This document shows, in pieces, positions 47,401-56,913 of a stretch of 64,000 nt of DNA. The position numbers and the translations under genes are program-made. Under the pieces are notes generated by a model that did no database searches, was not told where the DNA came from, and saw only the letters and a program-made list of their open reading frames with translations. Position 1 is the first letter of the stretch. Each line of letters opens with the position of its first letter. Source of the stretch: Chitinophagaceae bacterium (GTDB lineage Bacteria > Bacteroidota > Bacteroidia > Chitinophagales > Chitinophagaceae); assembly GCA_046593045.1 (NCBI GenBank), contig JBKJRY010000364.1, positions 982-64,981 of the forward strand, written 5' to 3'.

Positions 47401-48095
47401 GTAGAAGCATCTCCCCGAACACCGTCTAACACTGCCACTCCCGAAATTACCTGGTAACGAATAAAGCTACCCGAGGAACTTCCAAAATAATCCGGATCAC
47501 CTAACCATAATTGTTTATTGGCGCTTTGATTATATCCTAATGATAATGCAAATCCTGTTCCGGAGCCAGTGCCGCCTATAGAGTTACCTGTGAATCTAAA
47601 CCCTTTTGATGCGCCATTTCCGGACTTTTGAAATAATGTAAAGTCTGCTCCGGGTGTATTTGTACCAACACCTACATTCCCTGTAGAACTATCAATGTAC
47701 ATCCGTTGAATGCTGTTTGTCGAAAAACTCAGGCTATGGTTATCACTTGTTCCGAGAAAATTGGACCCTGAATTGGTGCCGCTGTTGCCACTCAGATTCC
47801 AGGCGCTTGTTGATAATGTTGACCAGATGGGTGAGGCAGGCGTGCCGACATTCACCTGGTAAGATAGCACCGTCGAATTAAAGATGGCAAGTCCTGTCGC
47901 AGGAAGTACAATCGCATTCCTTTGCGTCGTGGTTAACCGCGGCATTAAAAATCCTGAAGTCGTACTGCTTAAATCAAGCATAGCGCTTGCATCAGCATTA
48001 CTGCCCGTGGAATTTATTGCAACGTTTTGGGAAAATAAATCTGATGAAGCTGTTAGAGATAATAGCGTCAATAGGATAATTGTAAAGTTCTTCAT
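44475..48095 (-). CDS. Large tail-fibre-like surface protein with C-terminal intramolecular chaperone (peptidase S74) domain
   Basis: 1206 aa. Signal peptide MKNFTIILLTLLSLTASSDLFSQ, Ser/Thr/Gly/Asn-rich beta repeats, and four copies of TTSTxG[YFA]LSSTDWN[TA]FN. The C-terminus SDRRLKTNI...LQPVSYNWK...LGLIAQDAKKVIPEIV...INYSELVPVLINAIKEQQQQIDNLKK is typical of S74 auto-cleaving chaperone domains. Confidence 0.8.
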   Translation of the reverse strand: MKNFTIILLTLLSLTASSDLFSQNVAINSTGSNADASAMLDLSSTTSGFLMPRLTTTQRNAIVLPATGLAIFNSTVLSYQVNVGTPASPIWSTLSTSAWNLSGNSGTNSGSNFLGTSDNHSLSFSTNSIQRMYIDSSTGNVGVGTNTPGADFTLFQKSGNGASKGFRFTGNSIGGTGSGTGFALSLGYNQSANKQLWLGDPDYFGSSSGSFIRYQVISGVAVLDGVRGDASTRKPISIGVGGDANSGIILGADFNGNSPSSYVWANGNTAIGSGYRATSAPSNGLIVQGNTGIGTSTFNATYPEKMLVDAGATSNTNYQNVITGKGNTNSYVQLNIQNSNAGIDASSDVVATADNGSETVNFVDMGVNSSANSSTGVLGGANNSYLYSTGNDFSIGNATSAKSLILFTGGTAASNESMRIDGSGNVGVGSAAPSEKLDVTGNVKFSGALMPNDLAGAAGTFLTSNGAGTAPTWTTFDTTSIPSFSQKVRSLLSSTDPITYTNGLIGITQATTSTNGYLSSTDWNTFNSKGSGSVTSVSVVTANGVSGSVANATTTPAITVTLGAITPTSVAATGTVTGSNLSGTNTGNVTLGTANGLSLAGQALSLGLANTSTTGALSSTDWNTFNNKLTTVDTTNIGNFSQKVRSLFSSTAPITYSNGSIGITQATTSTNGFLSSTDWNTFNNKGSGSVTSVSVVSANGVSGSVATATTTPAITLTLGAITPSSVAASGTITGSNLSGTNTGNVTIGTANGLSLSGQALSLGLASTSTTGALSSTDWNAFNNKWSMGGNSVASEQNFGTTSNFDLPFLTNNTEKMRLTSTGRLGIGTAVPSYPLQVVAASDPLYLGGMQSGSNTDSLLTIVNGVVKRLSPSALTTSSSNAWALVGNSNIVSGTSFIGTTNNKSMRFRTNNVQRMIIDSTGNVGIGTSAFDPTLPEKLLVDAGTSAYNGPVTNSTPINAIGFSNGFQQIQVQNRAYGNYSSSDLVAASDGTRNGTMPFNTDAHYVDFGINSSGYTNNNSNILNQPYTAYLYSTTPQDFYVGNGYSGKDMIFFTNYGPTNSNNTADGFEILRLKGGTTQQVTIGNIAANGTNRLTVNGSISATAFNVSSDRRLKTNINGLQYGLKEILALQPVSYNWKVTPSTDKQLGLIAQDAKKVIPEIVSGNEDTGTLSINYSELVPVLINAIKEQQQQIDNLKKDIELLKNKK
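45711..46646 (-). repeat. Tandem duplication, 2 x 468 nt (156 aa), inside the tail-fibre-like gene
   Basis: Unit 1 is 46646-46179 and unit 2 is 46178-45711. Both begin FSQKVRSL..., and the protein copies are roughly 85-90% identical by eye over the first ~145 residues. Confidence 0.9.
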
Positions 48096-48262
48096 ATAAC
48101 TGTATGTATTGGATTCACTTTAGGATTAAAAAAAAATACTCTTATAGTTCAATGTATTTTCACAACTTTGAACATTTTATATAAAGCGTAATTATATTCG
48201 ACTTATTGTGTTTTGAACAAAAATCTTAATAATTGCACCTAATAAAATAATTTGAAGAAAAT

Positions 48263-50020
48263 TTAGCCTTGTAAAGAAACCTGTTTATTTTCCTTGATTA
48301 ACAGCGCCCATTTTTCAAGAAGACCTAATAACTCATTGAGCTCAACAGGCTTACTTATATAATCATTCATGCCCGACTGGATACATTCCTCCCTATCGCC
48401 TTGCATTACATTCGCAGTCATCGCTATTATCACAGGTTGAGTTTCCAGGCATATCCTTATCATCCTGGTAGCTTCCAATCCATCCATTTCCGGCATTTGC
48501 ACATCCATCAAAATCATATCAAAATGCTCATGGCTTACTCGTTCTAAAACAACTTTACCATTTTCCGCTATTTCACAGTGGTAGCCTATTTTGGCAAGAA
48601 TTTTTTTAATCCACTTCTGGTTTACAGGGTTATCCTCAGCAACAAGAATATGTAAGGGATATTTTTCAGAAAAATTATCAGGCATTTGATGCAATGATCC
48701 ATGGCCTGTTACCGATTTATCTTTATGCCTGAGTTCAGTAGTAATAGTATCAAAGAGTTTATGCCGGCTGATTGGTTTATTCAGGACAGCATTAAAAATT
48801 TCCGGATAGTCTTTATGCCGGTCATCATTTACGCTATTTAATAAAATAAGGGGTATTTTAGGATATAGTGATTTTATAGATTGGCCTAATTTAATACCAT
48901 CCATACCCGGCATAAATAAATCAATAAGAACTATATCAACGGAAACCTGTGATAAGATTTCTAACGCATGAGAACCTGAACTTGCCGACGTTGGTAGTAA
49001 TTTCCATTGCTCAAAAAGGTTGTGTAAGATTTTATTCTGGGTAATATTATCATCTACAATCAGAACTTGTTTTCCTTCATATCCAATCATCGCGTTGTCT
49101 AAAAAATCCGGCAATGTTTGTTTTGCGGCAGTTGTGATTATATTGAAAATAAAAGTGCTGCTTTTTCCCGGAATGCTTTCAACGGTAATTTGCCCCCCCA
49201 TTTGTTCAACAATTCTTTTGCAAATTACCAGGCCGAAGCCATTATTTTTTTCGTTGTTTTTAGTTGTATAATCTGCCGGTATAAACACTTTAAAGAGGTC
49301 CTGCAATCTTTCCGGTGCGATTCCTATTCCTGTATCTGTTACCTTAAAGGAAAGTTGCAATTGGTCGCTCGTTCTATCCGGAATAACATCCACACTTATT
49401 AATATTTCTCCTTCTGCAGTAAATCTTATAGCATTTTCTACCAGGTTTATCAATACCTGTTGAAGACGTTTATAGTCACCGGTAATTTGCAAAGGCACAT
49501 TTTGTTCCATTTGATATATAAGATCTATACCTGCCTCAGCAGCTCTGCCTGCAAACATCTCCAACACTTCTTCAATACAATTACTAAGGTCAAAATTTTT
49601 ATTTGTTAGTTCTACGTTTTCTGAATCAAGTTTGGAAAAATCTACCATATCGCTGATTAAAATCTCATTGACATTTGTCAAAAGATTTTTGCTGCAATCA
49701 AGAATTGTATCTGCATATTCACGCTGTTCAGCATCAAGATTAGTATCAGAAAGCAAAGTGGCCATTCCAATTACTCCATTCATAGGAGTACGAATCTCGT
49801 GGCTCAGTAAAGAAAGAAGTTTAGTTTTTGCATTAGCCGCAACATCAGCTTCGCGGCTTGTTTTCTGTTCTTTTACAGTTAGTTCCTCCAACTGCAGGTT
49901 AAGTTGTTCTACCTCTGCAAGAAGTTCCTGGTTACGTAATTTTATTCCATTTATACTTACACGGAAATACCTGTACGCCACAAATACCAGTAGAAAAGAA
50001 ATGGCTGCAATAAACCACAT
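48263..50020 (-). CDS. Hybrid sensor histidine kinase/response regulator (TM + coiled coil + HisKA + HATPase + 2 REC)
   Basis: 585 aa. H-box [15 protein letters not shown]-boxes, and two receiver domains (DLFMPGMDG, DVQMPEMDG). There is no extracytoplasmic sensor domain. Confidence 0.88.
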   Translation of the reverse strand: MWFIAAISFLLVFVAYRYFRVSINGIKLRNQELLAEVEQLNLQLEELTVKEQKTSREADVAANAKTKLLSLLSHEIRTPMNGVIGMATLLSDTNLDAEQREYADTILDCSKNLLTNVNEILISDMVDFSKLDSENVELTNKNFDLSNCIEEVLEMFAGRAAEAGIDLIYQMEQNVPLQITGDYKRLQQVLINLVENAIRFTAEGEILISVDVIPDRTSDQLQLSFKVTDTGIGIAPERLQDLFKVFIPADYTTKNNEKNNGFGLVICKRIVEQMGGQITVESIPGKSSTFIFNIITTAAKQTLPDFLDNAMIGYEGKQVLIVDDNITQNKILHNLFEQWKLLPTSASSGSHALEILSQVSVDIVLIDLFMPGMDGIKLGQSIKSLYPKIPLILLNSVNDDRHKDYPEIFNAVLNKPISRHKLFDTITTELRHKDKSVTGHGSLHQMPDNFSEKYPLHILVAEDNPVNQKWIKKILAKIGYHCEIAENGKVVLERVSHEHFDMILMDVQMPEMDGLEATRMIRICLETQPVIIAMTANVMQGDREECIQSGMNDYISKPVELNELLGLLEKWALLIKENKQVSLQG

Positions 50021-50048
50021 AAATTATAGTTGTATATGAAAAAATTAT

Positions 50049-50675
50049 TTAATTATTACGCTGTGTTATATTCTTCCATTCCCAATTTACACCCAATACA
50101 AAATTTCTGTTTTGAGCTCCGGGATTAAAAACATAAAGTGGAAACGTCCAACTCTTATATTCCAAACCCATCATTAAACCGGGCTCCCAATTATTTTTTA
50201 ATTCATACGGATGCGTTACCTGCAAGGCAACCCCTGCGTATAACAACTTGGTAAAGTTGTATCCAAGCTCCGACCAATTAAAAAAAAAGTCTTCGGTTTT
50301 TTTCTCAACTGAAAAAGTATACTGGGCTTCAGATGAAAAAAATAAATTTTTATAGTCAAGAGTTATGTTTGATCCTATCAACCCTCCTTTAAATTTTCCT
50401 AACACAACTCCCGAAAGAGGAGTAACTGAATAAGATAGCGATCTGTCGTTTGAAAACATTTTACCAACAATTAACGACATCGTGTGTAATTCTTCATAAT
50501 TATAACGCATCTCTCCATACCAATTATTACGGCTTTGATAATACACCTTTGGAACAATGACAGATGAACCCTGGCTTGAATAGTAATACTGTTCAAGGCC
50601 ACCATGGTCCTGCGATTTACAATAATTGCACTGTGCTATTAATAATATCAAAGTAAAAGTTTTAACCATTGTCAA
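50049..50675 (-). CDS. Hypothetical secreted beta-rich protein (outer-membrane beta-barrel-like)
   Basis: 208 aa. Has a signal peptide, alternating aromatic/hydrophobic strands and an aromatic-rich C-terminal region (VNWEW). Overlaps the upstream gene by 14 nt. Confidence 0.55.
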   Translation of the reverse strand: MTMVKTFTLILLIAQCNYCKSQDHGGLEQYYYSSQGSSVIVPKVYYQSRNNWYGEMRYNYEELHTMSLIVGKMFSNDRSLSYSVTPLSGVVLGKFKGGLIGSNITLDYKNLFFSSEAQYTFSVEKKTEDFFFNWSELGYNFTKLLYAGVALQVTHPYELKNNWEPGLMMGLEYKSWTFPLYVFNPGAQNRNFVLGVNWEWKNITQRNN

Positions 50676-51285
50676 TTATTATTACTTCAGCATCGGCTAA
50701 CCTGTTCATTAAAGAAATATTTTTGAGATGTGGGTTCCATTGAAAAACAAGTTTATCAATAGGCTGCCACAAGATGACCCAGCTGAAAATATCCAGTCCA
50801 TTATGAAGGGCAGAGGTAAAGCCCTCGTCGCCTGATAAAATCAGTGGTACAAGCCCGTGACAAATCATCATCACTACCAGGCTAAGCAATAACAAGAGAT
50901 AACTGCGCCTTTTAAATTTTTCAAACTTTTCAACTTCAATCAATTTTTTTGCTGAAAAGTGCCGCCTGATAGCATAAATAAAAGGCTCGGTATATTGCCT
51001 GTCAGTTTTGCTTTTGCAGTTAATTTTATAATAAAAAACAGAAAATCTTTTAGTTCCTTCAACAGAAGCTAATATGTATTGCTGAAACTGGTGGCTTAGC
51101 TGTCGTTTATAAAGCGGCGCAGGATCATTAGGATTAAAATGATCGCCAATACTGTCCTGGTCTATAGTTAAAAAGATATTTATCTTATTCGTTAAAGAAG
51201 CAGTAACCGAGGTTGTTTTTTTAAAAGAAATTAAATTTATCAACCACGATATTGCTTTTCCAGGCTGGTTAATTGCTAAAGACAT
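50662..51285 (-). CDS. Hypothetical membrane protein (two predicted TM helices)
   Basis: 207 aa. Hydrophobic segments YLLLLLSLVVMMICHGLVPLIL and LDIFSWVILW. No known motif recognised. Confidence 0.5.
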   Translation of the reverse strand: MSLAINQPGKAISWLINLISFKKTTSVTASLTNKINIFLTIDQDSIGDHFNPNDPAPLYKRQLSHQFQQYILASVEGTKRFSVFYYKINCKSKTDRQYTEPFIYAIRRHFSAKKLIEVEKFEKFKRRSYLLLLLSLVVMMICHGLVPLILSGDEGFTSALHNGLDIFSWVILWQPIDKLVFQWNPHLKNISLMNRLADAEVIIIDNG

Positions 51286-51672
51286 GATGATTTATAAATA
51301 AAGTATTTTTAGCTATTGAAATGTATTATTGTATCAAATGGCAATCCTCACATAAAATGACCCAGATAACTTATTTGAAATAAAACACTATCGTCAATCA
51401 AAGACCAATAATTATTTAAGAACGTAAAAATGATTAACGATTACCTGGCGTAAATATTATTCCCAGAATTAAATAGGCATGGTATCCTCCCCGGTATTTA
51501 CCTGGATTCTAAATCTTTATTCAACGATTTTTTAAATATGTATGCGAATAATGTGTCTAAGGTGTATAGAATACAATTATTCCTTCATAGCATCGTTAAT
51601 TGATTATTATTATTCCTATTGCTGAACAGTTTAATCCATTATTTTCCAAATCAGTTGAATTAATCAACAAGC

Positions 51673-54600
51673 ATGAAAAACTTTTGCTATTTATTTCTTG
51701 CCATTTTTTCTATCCCGTTTTTTGCATCGGCACAAAACAGGCTTTTGAAATTTGAGCATTTGGCAACAGATGAAGGCTTATCCCAAAGCACCGTTAGTTG
51801 CATTTTGCAGGATAGCAGGGGATATATGTGGTTTGGAACAACAGATGGCCTTAATAAATATGACGGGTATAAGTTCCAGGTTTATAGAAATGATCCCGGA
51901 ACGAAGTCAAGTATAAGTAATAATACCATTAAAGATATAGTTGAAGATTCAAATGGAGATCTTTGGATAGCTACATTTGGAGGCGGGCTAAATTGCTTTG
52001 ATCGAAAAAAAGGTACGTTCACTGCATTGAAACACGATGCCACCAATATGAATTCTCTTGCCAGCAATTTTATTACTGCAGTAAAAAGAGATCATGAAGG
52101 AAATCTATGGATTGGTCACCAATCTTCCGGTGTAGACAAATTCAATCTAAAAACGAAGAAATTTATACACTATGAAAATTATGTTGATGACAACCGGTCA
52201 CTAAGTGACAATTTTATTCAGAACATTTTTGTAGACAAAAATAACACGCCATGGATAGGCACAACTCATGGCGGGCTCAATAGGTTTGATCAAAACACAT
52301 CTAAGTTTACAAGATTTCAACATAGCGAAGATGATCCAACTTCCATTTCATACAACGATGTTTATATATCATTCCAGGATAGCTACGGCCGCATGTGGTT
52401 TGGAACAAATGGTGGGGGATTGGATTTATTTGATGATAAAAATAATATTTTCAAACATTACAATACCGGTGCAAAAGATAAAGGCAGGCTGCCGCATAAT
52501 ACCATTCACGCTTTAAACGAAGACCCCGATCATAATATCTGGATAGGGCTGGAAAATGCCGGCCTGGTAATTCTTAATCCGGAAACAGGGAGTGTTGACA
52601 ATTTTGTTTTCGATGAGATTGATAAGTTTAGCCTGAGTAACAATTCTATCCACTCTATTCTAAAGGATACTAAAGGAAATATGTGGGTAGGAACATTTGC
52701 CGGAGGTGTCAATTTTATCAACCGCGATAATAAATTTGGTCATTATAAACATACCACATCTCCCCTAAGCCTTACAGATAATAAGCTTTTGTGCGTATTT
52801 GAAGATTCAAAAAAGAATCTTTGGATAGGAACTGACGGAGGCGGCATGGATTTATTCGATCCTGTAAACGGAACATTTACGCATTATAAACACATAGAAG
52901 GAAACAATAACTCTATTTGCGGAAATTATGTTTTAAATATCGGGGAGGACAAAGACGGGAATTTATGGATAGGAACCTGGGGTGATGGAATTACAATTTA
53001 TAATAAAGAAAAAAATACCTATCGTCATCTGATAAACTATCCCGAAGATAATACAACTATAAGCAACGATTTTACTTGGAGTATTTATAAGGATAATGAT
53101 CAGACTATGTGGGTAGGAACCGCCGGTGCAGGCCTTAACAAGTATAATGAAGCAACTAAAAAATTTACACGTTTTGAATATGATAGCAGGTACCCTCTTG
53201 GCATAAATAACGACAGAATTAATTCAATTCTTGACGATCAGAAAGGACACTTATTGATTGGTACACTTGGTGGCGGATTGAACATTTTTGATAAGAAAAC
53301 GGAAACATTTAAACATTATCAGCACGACGATAAAAATCCTAAAAGCATAATTGGAAGTAATGTCGGAAGAATATGCCGCGATAGTAAAGGAATATTTTGG
53401 ATTGCAACAACTACGGGTCTTTCAGCATTTGACAGTCAGAAAGAAGAATTTACTAATTACTCCATCGAGGATGAGTTGCCAAATAATTATATTTTAGGAA
53501 TCCTTGAAGATGATGATAAAAACCTTTGGATAAGTACTAATGACGGCATATCATGCTTTGATCGTAAAAATTCCAAATTTAAAAATTATGGAATCATTGA
53601 CGGCTTACAAGGAAACGAATTTAAAGAGCAGGCATTTTGCAAAAGCAGTTCCGGTGCTTTTTATTTCGGTGGCAATAATGGGTTGAATGTATTCTATCCT
53701 TCAAGGATAAAACCAATAGTTTATGACCCCCCACTAAGGCTTATAGGATTAAAGATTTCTAATAAAACAGTACCGGTAGCAACAGATTCTGTTGACTCTC
53801 CATTAAAAGTTAGTATCTCAGAGGCTAAAACCATAACAATACCTTACAATACATCTGTAATTGATTTTGAATTTGCTTCTTTAAACTTCATCAGCAATGA
53901 AAAAAAACGGTATAAGTACATGCTTGAAGGTTTTGATAAAAGCTGGAATGAGTCAGGCGATAAACGATCCGCCGGATATACCAATCTTGATCCCGGTACT
54001 TATACTTTTAAAGTAAAAGGGCTCAATAATTCAGGAGAATGGTCTCCGAAAATTTTAAGCATTCAATTAATCATAACACCTCCTTTTTGGCTAACATGGT
54101 GGTTCAAATTAATTGTATTGTTAGCAATAGCCAGTATTTGCATTTTAAGTTACAAGCTCAGAATGCGCACTATTAATAGTCAAAGAAGAGCCCTTGAAAA
54201 AGAGGTAGATAAACGCACCAATCAATTAATAGAACTAAGCAGGGAAGAACAAATCGCAAGAATAGAAGCAGACAAAGCACGCCAGGAGGCAGAACAGGCA
54301 AACCAGGCTAAAAGTATTTTTTTGGCAACTATGAGCCATGAAATAAGGACGCCTATGAATGGGGTAATTGGAATGTCTTCACTTTTAGCAGAAACAAACC
54401 TTACAGAACGGCAAAGGGAGTATACAAATACTATTTCTAGCTGTGGTGAAAGCCTGCTAAATGTTATTAATGATATCCTGGATTTTTCCAAAATTGAATC
54501 GGGTAATATCGAACTGGAGCGTGTAGATTTCGATTTACGTTCATGTATTGAAGATGTTCTCGACATCTTTGGTACCAAGGCAGCCACAGTTGGACTTGAT

Positions 54601-55863
54601 CTCATTTATAAAATTGACAATAATGTTCCCACCCAGATCGTAGGGGATGACTTAAGGTTAAGACAGGTACTTACAAACCTTGTAAGCAACGCATTGAAAT
54701 TTACGCAAAAAGGAGAAGTGTTTATCGGGGTACATTTAATACAATCATCAGGCCCGGAAAATATAACCTTACAATTTGAAGTTCGTGATACTGGTATTGG
54801 AATTCCCCGGCACAAACTGGATCGGTTGTTTAAGGCATTTTCCCAGGTAGATTCTTCAACTACACGAAAATATGGTGGCACCGGGCTGGGGCTCGCCATT
54901 TCTGACAAATTAGTAAATCTTATGCATGGGGGCTTTCATGTAAAAAGTGAAGAAGGAAAAGGCTCCATCTTTTCGTTTACGATAGAAACGTCTAAAGGCA
55001 CAAAGGTGCTGACCGAATATACCCCATACAATATGGCGGACGTGGAAGACAAAAAAATATTGATTGTGGATGATAACAAGACCAACCTGGCAATTCTTAA
55101 AAGCCAGCTCGAACTTTGGAAGTTATTGCCTGTAGTTGCGGAATCCGCTGCGGAAGCATTAGAAATTTTATCCAAAGATGATGCAATTGACCTTGTGCTC
55201 ACTGATATGCAAATGCCTTTTATGGATGGAGTGCAACTGGCGCAGAAAATCAGGAAACATCGTTTACCTGTTCCAGTCATTTTACTCAGCTCGGCAGGGG
55301 ATGATTATACCCAGGAGAATTCAACCCTTTTTATTTCAATACTTAACAAACCTGTGCGGCAGCATATTTTAAGCAAAAACATATTCTTTGCTTTGCAACC
55401 ACAGGTCAATGCTAAGCCGACTGAAAAAAACACTCATGAAAAACTATCTGTCAATTTTTCAAAAAAATACCCACTGGAAATTTTAGTTGCAGAGGATAAC
55501 CCCGTAAATCAAAAGGTCATTTTATACACCCTGGGTAAACTAGGTTACAATCCCTGCCTTGCAGAGAACGGTGCAATTGCTGTAGATAAAGCAGGTGAAA
55601 AACATTTCGATATCATATTAATGGATATGCAAATGCCTGAGATGGACGGTATCCAGGCAACAAAATTTATAAGAGAAACCCAGGCGAGCCAGCCAATAAT
55701 TATTGCATTAACAGCAAATACAATGGAGGGCGATGAGGAGGAGTGTTTAAATGCAGGTATGAATGATTACATTTCAAAACCGGTAAGGATAGAACAATTA
55801 ACCGATATGCTTGAAAAATGGTCATTAACCAAAGTGGACAGTGTAAATTTCATAACACAATAA
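51673..55863 (+). CDS. Hybrid sensor kinase with periplasmic two-component-regulator propeller + Y_Y_Y domains, TM, HisKA, HATPase and 2 REC
   Basis: 1396 aa. Many repeats of the type D..G..W[IF]GT..GL..[FY]. H-box [14 protein letters not shown]. Two receivers ([18 protein letters not shown]). No HTH output domain. Confidence 0.88.
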   Translation: MKNFCYLFLAIFSIPFFASAQNRLLKFEHLATDEGLSQSTVSCILQDSRGYMWFGTTDGLNKYDGYKFQVYRNDPGTKSSISNNTIKDIVEDSNGDLWIATFGGGLNCFDRKKGTFTALKHDATNMNSLASNFITAVKRDHEGNLWIGHQSSGVDKFNLKTKKFIHYENYVDDNRSLSDNFIQNIFVDKNNTPWIGTTHGGLNRFDQNTSKFTRFQHSEDDPTSISYNDVYISFQDSYGRMWFGTNGGGLDLFDDKNNIFKHYNTGAKDKGRLPHNTIHALNEDPDHNIWIGLENAGLVILNPETGSVDNFVFDEIDKFSLSNNSIHSILKDTKGNMWVGTFAGGVNFINRDNKFGHYKHTTSPLSLTDNKLLCVFEDSKKNLWIGTDGGGMDLFDPVNGTFTHYKHIEGNNNSICGNYVLNIGEDKDGNLWIGTWGDGITIYNKEKNTYRHLINYPEDNTTISNDFTWSIYKDNDQTMWVGTAGAGLNKYNEATKKFTRFEYDSRYPLGINNDRINSILDDQKGHLLIGTLGGGLNIFDKKTETFKHYQHDDKNPKSIIGSNVGRICRDSKGIFWIATTTGLSAFDSQKEEFTNYSIEDELPNNYILGILEDDDKNLWISTNDGISCFDRKNSKFKNYGIIDGLQGNEFKEQAFCKSSSGAFYFGGNNGLNVFYPSRIKPIVYDPPLRLIGLKISNKTVPVATDSVDSPLKVSISEAKTITIPYNTSVIDFEFASLNFISNEKKRYKYMLEGFDKSWNESGDKRSAGYTNLDPGTYTFKVKGLNNSGEWSPKILSIQLIITPPFWLTWWFKLIVLLAIASICILSYKLRMRTINSQRRALEKEVDKRTNQLIELSREEQIARIEADKARQEAEQANQAKSIFLATMSHEIRTPMNGVIGMSSLLAETNLTERQREYTNTISSCGESLLNVINDILDFSKIESGNIELERVDFDLRSCIEDVLDIFGTKAATVGLDLIYKIDNNVPTQIVGDDLRLRQVLTNLVSNALKFTQKGEVFIGVHLIQSSGPENITLQFEVRDTGIGIPRHKLDRLFKAFSQVDSSTTRKYGGTGLGLAISDKLVNLMHGGFHVKSEEGKGSIFSFTIETSKGTKVLTEYTPYNMADVEDKKILIVDDNKTNLAILKSQLELWKLLPVVAESAAEALEILSKDDAIDLVLTDMQMPFMDGVQLAQKIRKHRLPVPVILLSSAGDDYTQENSTLFISILNKPVRQHILSKNIFFALQPQVNAKPTEKNTHEKLSVNFSKKYPLEILVAEDNPVNQKVILYTLGKLGYNPCLAENGAIAVDKAGEKHFDIILMDMQMPEMDGIQATKFIRETQASQPIIIALTANTMEGDEEECLNAGMNDYISKPVRIEQLTDMLEKWSLTKVDSVNFITQ

Positions 55864-55985
55864 TAACTTGTCATCTTTAGTTAAGTATGAGGCAAGAATC
55901 TTTTTCATATTAAAATTTAAAAAAAGCTTTATCCCATATTAACCAGTATACTGATAAATGATCTTCTAATTAATATACCCCAAAA

Positions 55986-56369
55986 ATGATCAATGAAAAC
56001 TTACATGAAGGAAAATTATTCGACTTAAGCCTTCTTGAGATTATGGATGACAATGAATATTCGGCGGAATTACTTACGCTCTTTCTTAAGAACACTCCTG
56101 TTCTAATGAATGAATTAAGAAAAACCTGCACAACAAATCATTTTGATGCCATTTATAAAATTGCGCACAAACTAAAAAGCAGTGCCGGGCTTTTTTATGC
56201 GAATAATCTGCTTGACGCACTTACGAAAATAGAGGAATGTGCAAAGGCCGGAATCAATAAGGACTTCCGTTTAATGGCTGCGAAAGCAAACGAAGAATAT
56301 AAGCTGATAGAGACTCCCTTAAAAGAGCATTTAAAAATTATTCAAAAAGAATTAAATATTCCCGCATAG
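55986..56369 (+). CDS. Hpt (histidine phosphotransfer) domain protein
   Basis: 127 aa. Phospho-accepting motif AHKLKSSAG. Confidence 0.8.
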   Translation: MINENLHEGKLFDLSLLEIMDDNEYSAELLTLFLKNTPVLMNELRKTCTTNHFDAIYKIAHKLKSSAGLFYANNLLDALTKIEECAKAGINKDFRLMAAKANEEYKLIETPLKEHLKIIQKELNIPA

Positions 56370-56633
56370 AAAATTATCATTAAAAAAAATTGCCGCGAAA
56401 ATATAATATGAGTTGCTAATTAATTTTTAATAACGTGATTAGCCGCCCCGTTCTTTACTGTAATTGTTGATTACTCCTAATCTTTATTTTCTCTCCTAAT
56501 ATTATATAGGAATTTCTACTGCGAATCATCAATAAGCGTATATCAATTATCTATAAGCTTATGTATGATACATTCTCTCTTAAAGAACCGCCTTCATCGG
56601 CCTGGCCTCAATATATCTACCCTGTTATACATA

Positions 56634-56783
56634 GAAGCTGTTTGAGTTAATTAATATTTTTACCAGTTGAACATTTTTTGAGGAGAAATTTCAGGATAAC
56701 TACAACTTTTCTGTTTCTTCCAATATGAGGACAGCTAGTATCTCGTTCATAAGGATTTTAAAATAATTAACTCAAACAGCTTC
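56634..56783. mobile_element. 150-bp element bounded by perfect 20-bp inverted repeats (MITE-like; could alternatively be an invertible or structured-RNA element)
   Basis: GAAGCTGTTTGAGTTAATTA (56634-56653) and its exact reverse complement TAATTAACTCAAACAGCTTC (56764-56783). Both ends are flanked by ATA (56631-33 and 56784-86). There is no ORF inside. Confidence 0.5.
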
Positions 56784-56913
56784 ATAATCTCTTTATTCTA
56801 AATTGTTGACGATAATCGTTTCTTAATCTATTTATATAAATAGTAAATTGATTGGGCTTATTTTTGGAACTTTCTAAGTTTCTTAGTTTATCCTTTTAAT
56901 TTAAAATATAGTT

